NCBI GenBank assembly: GCA_964014485.1
Contig: CAXHAT010000217.1
Coordinates: forward strand, 1 to 12,196
DNA: 12,196 nt
Source: an uncultured Deferribacteres bacterium
GTDB taxonomy: Bacteria; Zhuqueibacterota; Zhuqueibacteria; Zhuqueibacterales; Geothermadaptataceae
Direction of reading: 5' to 3'
This document shows positions 1 to 6,824 of the stretch, in pieces. The first letter of the stretch is position 1. Every line of letters begins with the position of its first letter. A program made the position numbers and the translations under genes. A model generated the notes under the pieces. That model was not told where the DNA came from. It did no database searches and was given only the letters and a program-made list of their open reading frames with translations.

Positions 1-38
1 AAGATTCAAAGCGACGGCGCTCAACCTGCCTAATAATT

Positions 39-162
39 CTCGCTCCCAATCTCTGAATTGGGAGCGCAATTGCACTTGAAACTCCAGTTTCGAGTGAATT
101 CCTTGACTCGAAACTGGAGTTTCTCCCTCATTTTCATTCCCAAACCGGAGTTTGGGAACGAG
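39..162. repeat. REP/REPIN- or MITE-like palindromic element with three hairpins and terminal inverted repeats
   Basis: Perfect IRs: CGCTCCCAAT 41-50/57-66, GAAACTCCAGTTTCGAGT 78-95/106-123 (18 bp) and TTCCCAAAC 137-145/150-158. The ends CTCGCTCCCAAT (39-50) and TTTGGGAACGAG (151-162) are near-perfect inverted repeats. Confidence 0.8.
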
Positions 163-230
163 CCGTAAAACATCAGCAAGATGGCTTCACCCAACCTTTT
201 TGAAGCCCTGTAAGTTTCCTCCGCATCACT

Positions 231-305
231 TGAAAAAAATTTTACCCTTTAAATTTTTTTCACCCGCAAATTCTTCAAAAACAACATTCGATGAAATTTT
301 TTTCA
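231..305. promoter_or_regulatory. Three copies of the 12-mer AAATTTTTTTCA, candidate activator binding sites
   Basis: Inverted copy at 231-242 and direct copies at 251-262 and 294-305. The first two form a perfect 12-bp IR with an 8-nt spacer. The function is inferred, and the region is AT-rich and low-complexity. Confidence 0.4.
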
Positions 306-409
306 AAATCTTCAATTGGGGGGCAATTCCTGCACTTCAGTAGCACAAATCCACATAAACTCTTTTTTATAAATACTTTAGAACTTCTTGTATTCGCGTG
401 TTTAAATTT

Positions 410-426
410 TTGGCGCCGAAGTTGAC
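410..426 (+). promoter_or_regulatory. Candidate sigma54 (-24/-12) promoter
   Basis: TTGGCGCCGAAGTTGAC versus consensus YTGGCACGRNNNTTGCW: the spacing is correct, but the -12 element reads GA instead of GC. It lies about 65 nt before the start codon at 490. Confidence 0.4.
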
Positions 427-489
427 TTAAAGCGGGTCAAGATTACGAAATCACACGCTTTTTATTTGAACTTTCGAGGAGGCAACTCG

Positions 490-1248
490 ATGAAACGCAT
501 TACTTTTTTTGCTTACGGCGTTATTTGTTACGCCATCTTTTTTGCGACTTTTCTTTACGCTATCGGATTTATCGGCAACGTCTTTGTACCTAAATCAATG
601 GATTCCGGCCCCGTCGGCCCAATGCTGCCGGCGCTCTTGATTAACGCCGCACTGCTCGGCATTTTTGCCGTTCAACACAGCGTCATGGCGCGACCCGCCT
701 TCAAAAAGTGGTGGACGCGTTTTGTTCCTGAACCTGTTGAGCGCAGCACCTACGTCTTGCTTTCAAGCGTCGCTTTGATCGTCATGTTTGCTTTTTGGCA
801 GCCGCTTGGCGGAACTATCTGGAATGTTGAATCCCCGGCAGGCGTCATCGTTTTGCGGACATTGTACGCTTTCGGCTGGCTCCTCGTTTTGGTCGCAACA
901 TTCTTGATCAATCATTTCGACCTTTTCGGCCTGCGGCAAGTTTGGTACTACCTGCGCGGCAAAGAATACAAGCCGCTTGGTTTTCAGAAACCCTGGTTGT
1001 ACAAATATGTACGCCACCCGCTTTATGTAGGCTGGCTCTTTGCCTTCTGGGCGACGCCGACAATGACGATTGCGCATCTCGTTTTTGCTCTCGCGACAAC
1101 CGGTTACATCTTGATCGCTATCCAGTTGGAAGAGCGCGATTTGGAAGAAGCTCTCGGTGAAGATTACGCAAAGTATCGCCGGGAAGTGCCGATGCTCGTG
1201 CCAGGTGTGAGCAAACAACCGCAAACGCAAGAAGCCTTGGGTTCATAA
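490..1248 (+). CDS. mddA: Methanethiol S-methyltransferase MddA-like protein (isoprenylcysteine carboxyl methyltransferase/NnrU-like membrane family), 252 aa
   Basis: Multi-TM protein with characteristic motifs FAVQHSVMARPAFKKWW, VERSTYVL, INHFDLFGLRQV, YKYVRHPLYVG, WATPTMT and LEERDL. RBS GAGGAGG at 476-482 supports the ATG at 490 over the TTG at 466. Confidence 0.85.
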   Translation: MKRITFFAYGVICYAIFFATFLYAIGFIGNVFVPKSMDSGPVGPMLPALLINAALLGIFAVQHSVMARPAFKKWWTRFVPEPVERSTYVLLSSVALIVMFAFWQPLGGTIWNVESPAGVIVLRTLYAFGWLLVLVATFLINHFDLFGLRQVWYYLRGKEYKPLGFQKPWLYKYVRHPLYVGWLFAFWATPTMTIAHLVFALATTGYILIAIQLEERDLEEALGEDYAKYRREVPMLVPGVSKQPQTQEALGS

Positions 1249-1295
1249 CTTCAAAGAATTCCGCTCAAATTCAAACGCCGTTTCGCAGGGCGCAG

Positions 1296-1330
1296 AAAAA
1301 TCCTCAGCGGTTTGACCGTTGGGGATTTTT
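1296..1330 (+). terminator. Rho-independent terminator-like hairpin after mddA (possibly bidirectional)
   Basis: AAAAATCCTCAGCGG-TTTGA-CCGTTGGGGATTTTT: a 15-bp stem with 2 G-U pairs, flanked by A5 and T5. Confidence 0.7.
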
Positions 1331-1369
1331 CATAAGAACACAAACTTTTCAAAATATTGAGAATCAAGC

Positions 1370-1927
1370 ATGCCGCCAATTAAGGAAATATTTGAACGGA
1401 AGCAAAAAGCGGTGAAATTACGCCCGTCTGTCGGACAAGGCACTGCAGTGACCAAAGTCCGTTTTCGCGACGGTTTAACATGCGAAATTGAAGACGGCGA
1501 GTGGAAATTGGTCGCAGATATGGCCTCGAAAATCGGCGGCTCGAACCTCGGCCCAAACCCCGGCGTTCTTGGACGCAGCGCGTTAGGCAGTTGTCTCGCG
1601 ATCACTTACTTGCTCTGGGCCGCAAAACTGGATGTGAAGATTGATCATCTTGAAGTCGAAGTTCAGGCGGACTATGACGCTCGCGGAGAGCTTGGCGTTG
1701 ACGACATTTCTCCAGACTATCGCGAAATTCGATACTCGGTCAACATAGAAAGTCCGGCGCCACAAAAAGACGTGCTTGAAATGATCGAAACGGCGGAAGC
1801 GCATTGCTGCTTTCTTTATGTTTTTCGAGACCCGCATCAAATCAAAAGAAAAATCAATATTGAAAATACAGGAGTCAAGAATGGACGCCAGATTACAGCG
1901 CCGCATTCAGCGGTACGGCTGGGATAA
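1370..1927 (+). CDS. OsmC/Ohr family protein
   Basis: Motif D...GG...GPNPGVLGRSALGSCLA (first Cys), then IDHLEVEVQADYDARG, IRYSVNIES and a second Cys region AEAHCCFL. The 3' end overlaps the next gene by 47 nt. Confidence 0.85.
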   Translation: MPPIKEIFERKQKAVKLRPSVGQGTAVTKVRFRDGLTCEIEDGEWKLVADMASKIGGSNLGPNPGVLGRSALGSCLAITYLLWAAKLDVKIDHLEVEVQADYDARGELGVDDISPDYREIRYSVNIESPAPQKDVLEMIETAEAHCCFLYVFRDPHQIKRKINIENTGVKNGRQITAPHSAVRLG

Positions 1928-2699
1928 AGCCGTCCGGTATTACGAGCAATCGTGGCAATCGCAATTAGAACCGGCGCAGTCGCTCATGCTTGAAATGGCC
2001 GATTTGAACGCAGGAGATCGCGTATTGGATACGGCCTGCGGCACAGGCTTGGTCACGTTTCGCGCCGCGAAAACCGTGGGCGGAACCGGCTTTGTTTTCG
2101 GAACGGATATTTCCGACGGCATGGTGCAAACTGCAACGGAAGCAGCAGAAAATCGCGGCTTCCAGAACGTCGCATTTCAACAAATGGATGCGGAAAAGCT
2201 CAAATGCGATCCTGAAGAATTTGACGCAGCGCTCTGCGCCTTGGGCATGATGTACTACCCCGACCCCGTGCAATCGCTGCGTGAATTGCATCGCACCTTG
2301 AAAAGCGGCGCACAAGCTTCGGCGGCGGTTTGGGGACGACGCAGTTATTGCGGCTGGGCGGAAATTTTCCCGATTGTTGACGCGCGCGTAGAAACCGACG
2401 TTTGCCCGCTGTTTTTCCAATTGGGAGCAGGAAACTCCCTGCGCTTCGCTTTTGAGCAAGCGGGGTTCGGGCAAATCGAACAAGAGAGAATTTCCACAAA
2501 ATTAGTTTACGACTCGGCGGAAGAAGCGAGCATGGCGGTCTTTGCAGGAGGCCCCGTCGCACTGGCTTACGAACGATTCGACGAACAAACGCGCGCGGAA
2601 ACGCACGAAGAATACTTGGATTCCATCGCGCCTTATCGCTCCGGCGACGGTTATGAAGTTCCTGGAGAATTCGTTGTCGTTCGCGGCAGAAAGACATGA
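1881..2699 (+). CDS. Class I SAM-dependent methyltransferase (UbiE-like), 272 aa
   Basis: Motif I VLDTACGTG, acidic GTDIS, MDAE, FDAALC and LRELHRTLKSG. RBS AGGAG at 1870-1874 precedes ATG 1881. Confidence 0.9.
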   Translation: MDARLQRRIQRYGWDKAVRYYEQSWQSQLEPAQSLMLEMADLNAGDRVLDTACGTGLVTFRAAKTVGGTGFVFGTDISDGMVQTATEAAENRGFQNVAFQQMDAEKLKCDPEEFDAALCALGMMYYPDPVQSLRELHRTLKSGAQASAAVWGRRSYCGWAEIFPIVDARVETDVCPLFFQLGAGNSLRFAFEQAGFGQIEQERISTKLVYDSAEEASMAVFAGGPVALAYERFDEQTRAETHEEYLDSIAPYRSGDGYEVPGEFVVVRGRKT

Positions 2700-2751
2700 C
2701 AATTTTTCTCAAATGCTGCAGAAAACCAAATCTAAACCATATGAAACGGCC

Positions 2752-3303
2752 ATGAAAACGACCAAAATTTTGATGATCGCGGGTTTGCTCGCTCTGGCGG
2801 CGAACCTCAGCGCCGAAGACAATCAGCCAATGATCGGCAAGCTAGCGCCTGATTTTGCATTGCAAACGACCAGTGGCGACACTGTATCTTCGCAAGCATT
2901 GCGCGGCAAATTTGTCGTCATCCACTTCGCCGCAAGTTGGTGACCTTTCTGCAATGCGGATGCTCCGCATCTGGAAGCGTTACACAAAGAATATCGCGAC
3001 AAAAACGTTCAGGTTTTGATTATCAATGTAAAAGAAAATTTGCAGACGACACAATCCTGGGCGATAGACCGTCACGGTTTTACCTTTCCCGTTCTTTTGG
3101 ATCTCGACGGTCAGGTTGCGACCAGCTTTGCGCCAGGAAACATTCTGCCGGCACTGCCGAGACACGAGGTGCCGATCGCGTCCAACCTGATCATCGACCC
3201 GCAGGGAAAAATTCAATTTTACACGCTGCTCGACAGCCGCAATTTTGACGCGGAACTGATCGAGCTGACCCAAAAACTCAAACAGTTGAGAGGTGAAAAA
3301 TGA
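2752..3303 (+). CDS. Exported TlpA/peroxiredoxin-like (AhpC/TSA, redoxin) thioredoxin-fold selenoprotein, UxxC motif, 183 aa with Sec64
   Basis: ORFs 2542-2943 and 3016-3303 share one frame separated only by TGA 2941-2943. Read-through gives GKLAPDFAL...LRGKFVVIHFAASW-U-PFCNADAPHLEALHKEYRDKNVQVLIINV...FTFPVLLD...LIIDPQGKI, a complete redoxin domain. N-terminal signal peptide MKTTKILMIAGLLALAANLSA. An alternative in-frame ATG exists at 2713. Confidence 0.88.
2945..2977 (+). promoter_or_regulatory. Bacterial SECIS-like stem-loop
   Basis: Perfect upper stem ATGCGGA(2954-2960)-TGC-TCCGCAT(2964-2970) starts at the 11th nt after the UGA and has a G in the apical loop. Lower stem CTTTC(2945-2949)/GGAAG(2973-2977). 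Confidence 0.75.
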
Positions 3304-3782
3304 TACGTGCTATCACATTTCTCACTTTGATTATAATCTTTGGAGCGAGCAACAGCGCTCTGTTTCAAAAAGAAATCGTAGTGATAAAAACCCAGGAAGT
3401 TCAACGCATAGAAATTGGAAAATCCAGCGAAATCGTTATCAAAAGCGTCGTGAAAAACGGCTACCATATTCAAGCAAATCCGGTCGCCGATGAATTCTTG
3501 ATTCCAACACGCGTCACGATAAAATCTGCGGATGGTTTTCGAATTGGCGAACCGGTTTATCCGGTTGGTAAGCCGTTCTCATTTCAAGGCATGGGAGATA
3601 AATTCTCCGTTTACGGCGGCGAATTTATGGTAAAGCTGCCCATCACGCTTGCTTCATCAGTTGCGCCAAAAGAATATTTACTTGAAGGCGAACTTCATTA
3701 CCAGGCTTGCGATTCCGCCACATGCCTGGCGCCGAGAACGATCCCATTTGAGCTCAAAATACAGGCGGCGGCAGCAAAATGA
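3300..3782 (+). CDS. Stand-alone exported DsbD N-terminal (alpha) domain protein
   Basis: Signal peptide and motifs NGYHIQANP, GEPVYP, SVYGGE and LHYQACDSATCLAP (the nDsbD Cys pair). ATGA overlap with the upstream stop codon. Confidence 0.85.
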   Translation: MIRAITFLTLIIIFGASNSALFQKEIVVIKTQEVQRIEIGKSSEIVIKSVVKNGYHIQANPVADEFLIPTRVTIKSADGFRIGEPVYPVGKPFSFQGMGDKFSVYGGEFMVKLPITLASSVAPKEYLLEGELHYQACDSATCLAPRTIPFELKIQAAAAK

Positions 3783-3793
3783 TAGTGAAATGC

Positions 3794-3855
3794 TGATGGA
3801 TTGTTGGAGTTATAGAATATTGGATTGATGGAATTTCGCTCATAGTTTTCCATCA
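3794..3855. repeat. Degenerate octamer tandem repeat with an inverted partner between convergent genes (possible terminator)
   Basis: TGATGGAT TGTTGGAG TTATAGAA TATTGGAT TGATGGAA (3794-3833), then TTCCATCA (3848-3855), the exact reverse complement of the last unit. Confidence 0.55.
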
Positions 3856-4716
3856 CTCTAAACCAAATTTCGCGGCGGCAACGGCTCCCATCAAGGCCGT
3901 GTCGTAGCCGAGGCGACTCAGGCGAACTTTCGGAGCGCGGACAACATTGAGGCGGCCTTGCATCGCTTTTACAGCATTGTCTATAAAAGCTTCCCCGCCG
4001 CCAATCGCAACGCCGCCGCCCAAAACAATCTCATCCGGTGTATAAAAGCTGGCAATATTCCGCAATCCCAACCCCAAATGAAACGAGACTTCACCCCATT
4101 CTTCCGAGGCAAGCGCTTCGCCAGGCTTGCCGTAGATGCGCCGAATCGCGCTGCCGGAAATCAGCGCTTCCAGGCAGTCCGGCGCGCCGCAATTACAGCG
4201 AATTTTGTCGGCGTACTTGCCCAGAAACGGAATTCCGTGATGCCCGACTTCCGGGTGACCATCGTTGGCTCCACGATAAATCTTACCGTTTTCCAGAAAT
4301 CCGCCGCCAACCCCGGTGCTGATCGTCATGTAAAACAATTTGTCTACATGATGGCCGCCGAAGAAATACTCTCCCAGCGCCGCCACGTTTGTGTCAACGT
4401 CCAAATGCACGGGACAAGAGAATTTTTCGGAAAGAATTTTTTTGAGAGGAACCTCACGCCACTCCGGCTGGTGCAGAGGTGAAACGACGCCGGTTCGCCA
4501 ATCCAACGGCCCGCCAATCGCAGCGCCGATCCCTGAGATTTTTCGATCACCCGCCAACTCCGAAACCAACTTTTGCAACATGACGAGACCGGTTTCAAGT
4601 GCACGGGGCGTATCGCGGCGCATTCGAAGTTCGATTTTGCCTTGGGCGTTCGCACTGGCGGCCATAATTTTAGTGCCGCCAATGTCCAGACCGATAAAAA
4701 GCTTCTGGTCGATCAT
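3853..4716 (-). CDS. ROK family sugar kinase (glucokinase-like, no HTH)
   Basis: GLDIGGTK, DTNVAALGE, STGVGGG, EVGH, Zn motif CNCGAPDCLE, IVLGGG and ALMGA. Confidence 0.9.
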   Translation of the reverse strand: MIDQKLFIGLDIGGTKIMAASANAQGKIELRMRRDTPRALETGLVMLQKLVSELAGDRKISGIGAAIGGPLDWRTGVVSPLHQPEWREVPLKKILSEKFSCPVHLDVDTNVAALGEYFFGGHHVDKLFYMTISTGVGGGFLENGKIYRGANDGHPEVGHHGIPFLGKYADKIRCNCGAPDCLEALISGSAIRRIYGKPGEALASEEWGEVSFHLGLGLRNIASFYTPDEIVLGGGVAIGGGEAFIDNAVKAMQGRLNVVRAPKVRLSRLGYDTALMGAVAAAKFGLE

Positions 4717-5843
4717 TATTTTCGTTGAGCGATCTTTTGAGCGTCAGGCGAGAGTAAACGACGCAAAAAAGCTTCCGTGCGCGGCAGACTGGTAACCGCA
4801 GGCAGGTGGCCGACGTTGGCGTAAAGGTACGATTCAAATTCCGGCGCCGTCCGACCGAGCCCCTCCATGACTGCAATAATCCGCTCCGCTTCACCGACGG
4901 GAACGATGGTGTCCGACATGCCGTGATGCACTTGGACTTGCGGCAGGCTTTCCGCAAAATATACCGGTGAACGGCGCAACAATTCGAGACGAGCTTGTTC
5001 CATGGAGATTTCGCCGTTTTTCAAAGGATCGACGATGTGCTCCTGGGCGAAGTCTGCGCCAGGCAGTTGACTGACAATGCCTTCCAGTGCGTCCTCGGTC
5101 AAATCCATCACAAATTCGCCAAAAAAATCTGTTGGGCCAAAGTACTCCACCACCAGCTCAATGCGCGGGTCGCGAATCGCTGCAAGCAACGCAACGGCGG
5201 CTCCGCGACTCAAGCCAATCGCGCCGATAGACTCGCCGTTTGCCTCGGGCGTGTTTTCCAGCGCGGCATTGAGCAGCGCCAAAGTGTCGTCAACGTCGCG
5301 ATCCCACGGGCTTGCCGGGCCGTCGGAGCGGTAAGTTGCCGCGTCCGTGCGCAACGGCTCGTCCCGATACGACGGGGCAACCACCACAAATTCTCCAGCC
5401 AATGCCGGGAACAATTGCAAAATCAAAGTGAGCTCGTTTGCGCTCAGGCCATTGTCTCCGCCGTGCGTATAAATGACCACGGGCAAGCTGCCGGGCGCAG
5501 CGCCGTTGGGAACGGCAATGAGGCCGTAATGCTTCACGCCGTCAATTGTGTGTGAAACCACGCGAACCGTCGCCGGCGTGTTCCCGAATGTTTCTGATTG
5601 CGTCTGAACAACTTCAAAATTTTCTACGGGCGTGGAGCGGGCTTGCCACTCCGCACGAATGGCGTTTATTTCGGAATCAGTCGGCGGTTCAAAAAGTTGA
5701 GTGACATTGACGCCGCCAACAAATTTGTCGTCGGACTGGACTTCCGGCTCGGCGGGATTGTCGGAGCAGGCGGTAAGGAAAAATAGGCAAGCAGTTATCG
5801 AAATCGTTAGAAAACGTCTTTTGTTGAGTTCAATCAAATTCAT
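4716..5843 (-). CDS. Lipoprotein alpha/beta hydrolase (S9 peptidase/esterase-like)
   Basis: Lipobox LTAC, YTHGG oxyanion motif, nucleophile GLSRG, acid HGMSDTIVP and His in NVGH. 1-nt TAATG overlap with the ROK gene. Confidence 0.85.
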   Translation of the reverse strand: MNLIELNKRRFLTISITACLFFLTACSDNPAEPEVQSDDKFVGGVNVTQLFEPPTDSEINAIRAEWQARSTPVENFEVVQTQSETFGNTPATVRVVSHTIDGVKHYGLIAVPNGAAPGSLPVVIYTHGGDNGLSANELTLILQLFPALAGEFVVVAPSYRDEPLRTDAATYRSDGPASPWDRDVDDTLALLNAALENTPEANGESIGAIGLSRGAAVALLAAIRDPRIELVVEYFGPTDFFGEFVMDLTEDALEGIVSQLPGADFAQEHIVDPLKNGEISMEQARLELLRRSPVYFAESLPQVQVHHGMSDTIVPVGEAERIIAVMEGLGRTAPEFESYLYANVGHLPAVTSLPRTEAFLRRLLSPDAQKIAQRK

Positions 5844-5859
5844 TCGTTCAGTCCTTTTG

Positions 5860-6732
5860 TCAAAAGCTAAATTTCTCCGTTCCTTTCAGCGCAAAGCGTG
5901 CATTTGGAAAGGCGGTTTTCATATCGCGCAGCATTTTGTCCCAACCGCCCCAACGTTTGACCCACGACACGTCGCTGCCGTACGGCGACAAGTGCATCAC
6001 AAGAATTTCCGCCGGTTGAATTGCTTCGCGCAGCGCTTTCTTGTACTTGGGATATTGCAAATACCACGACGGAATCAGGCCAATATCGATTTTTTGTTCC
6101 AACAAGTCGTAAAGGCGAAAATCTTCCGCGTTTGCTTCGGTATCGCCGATATGCAGGATTTTCCGTCCGCCGATTTTGAGCAAAAAGCCAAGATTTTGCA
6201 CTGTCCGGCCTCTGCCGTGATGCAGGAAGAACACCTCCAACTCAAAATCTGAAAAGGCGTGCTTTATTATTTTTCCTTCCGGCGGCGTGCCGCACTTGAC
6301 GCGGGAGGCAATTTCTTCGTAACGCCCAAAAGCGTTCGCAAGTCGATCGCCCGCCTGAGCGGTTGAAATAAAAACCGCCTTCGTGTTATGCAACAAATAT
6401 CGGCCAACGGAACGGGGATTAAAATGATCACCGTGATAGTGCGTGGCGAGCACCAAGTCCACGTCATCGAACGGCGGCAGCGCTTTTTCAAGAGAGTCGC
6501 GCCGGGCTTTGGGTACGACCATGTAGCCTTGCAGCCCCGGGCCGTAAAGCGCATCGATCAGAATTTTCGAACGGCCGTCGGAAATGAGAAAGCCTTCGTT
6601 GCCGATGTAGGTGATTTCGATTTGAGAAGACGTCTGGGCAAAAAGTGCGTTGGGAAAAAAGAAAAGCCCCAGAAAAAAGTAAGCGGCAATCCTAAAACTT
6701 CGCGAACAAAAAGCTGACATAGGCGCTTCCAT
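5860..6732 (-). CDS. Exported metallo-beta-lactamase fold hydrolase
   Basis: ITYIGNEGFLI, ILIDA, THYHGDH (HxHxDH), LHHG, LHIGD and VMH. Signal peptide ends at LFA-Q. The start could be 6720. Confidence 0.85.
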   Translation of the reverse strand: MEAPMSAFCSRSFRIAAYFFLGLFFFPNALFAQTSSQIEITYIGNEGFLISDGRSKILIDALYGPGLQGYMVVPKARRDSLEKALPPFDDVDLVLATHYHGDHFNPRSVGRYLLHNTKAVFISTAQAGDRLANAFGRYEEIASRVKCGTPPEGKIIKHAFSDFELEVFFLHHGRGRTVQNLGFLLKIGGRKILHIGDTEANAEDFRLYDLLEQKIDIGLIPSWYLQYPKYKKALREAIQPAEILVMHLSPYGSDVSWVKRWGGWDKMLRDMKTAFPNARFALKGTEKFSF

Positions 6733-6824
6733 TCAAGTGAGTGTCGAAACGTTCAACAGCGATAGCTCGAGGCTTGGAAAGTTGATCAAGTCTCTTTCTA
6801 GCTTTTGGCAAATGAATTTGGAAT

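Noticed and set aside
152..343. 63-aa ORF upstream of mddA
   Set aside because: It starts at a TTG inside the repeat element, runs through low-complexity AT-rich DNA and has no RBS or recognisable motif.
422..440. FNR/CRP box or MerR-type promoter from TTGAC-N9-GTCAA
   Set aside because: The spacer is 9 nt rather than 4, and there is no convincing -10 element at 19-20 nt. Kept only as an unassigned palindrome.
1818..1880. Longer N-terminus for the methyltransferase
   Set aside because: It would overlap osmC by 110 nt, and a good RBS (AGGAG) precedes ATG 1881.
2941..2943. Genome-wide UGA reassignment (Trp/Gly)
   Set aside because: TGA is used as a normal stop elsewhere (2697, 3301, 3780, 7728, 11431, 12070) and no other gene here has an internal TGA.
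2542..3303. Pseudogene or two separate genes (2542-2943 and 3016-3303), or ORF 2937-3248
   Set aside because: The stop lies exactly at the catalytic Cys position, has a SECIS-like hairpin and there is no other lesion. ORF 2937-3248 is an off-frame shadow.
3958..6717. Multiple plus-strand ORFs over the minus-strand operon
   Set aside because: They are antisense shadows of genes with clear family motifs.
5860..6732. Antibiotic-resistance beta-lactamase call
   Set aside because: HxHxDH indicates only the MBL fold. The motif layout resembles the broad UlaG-like hydrolase group, and there is no mobile-element context.
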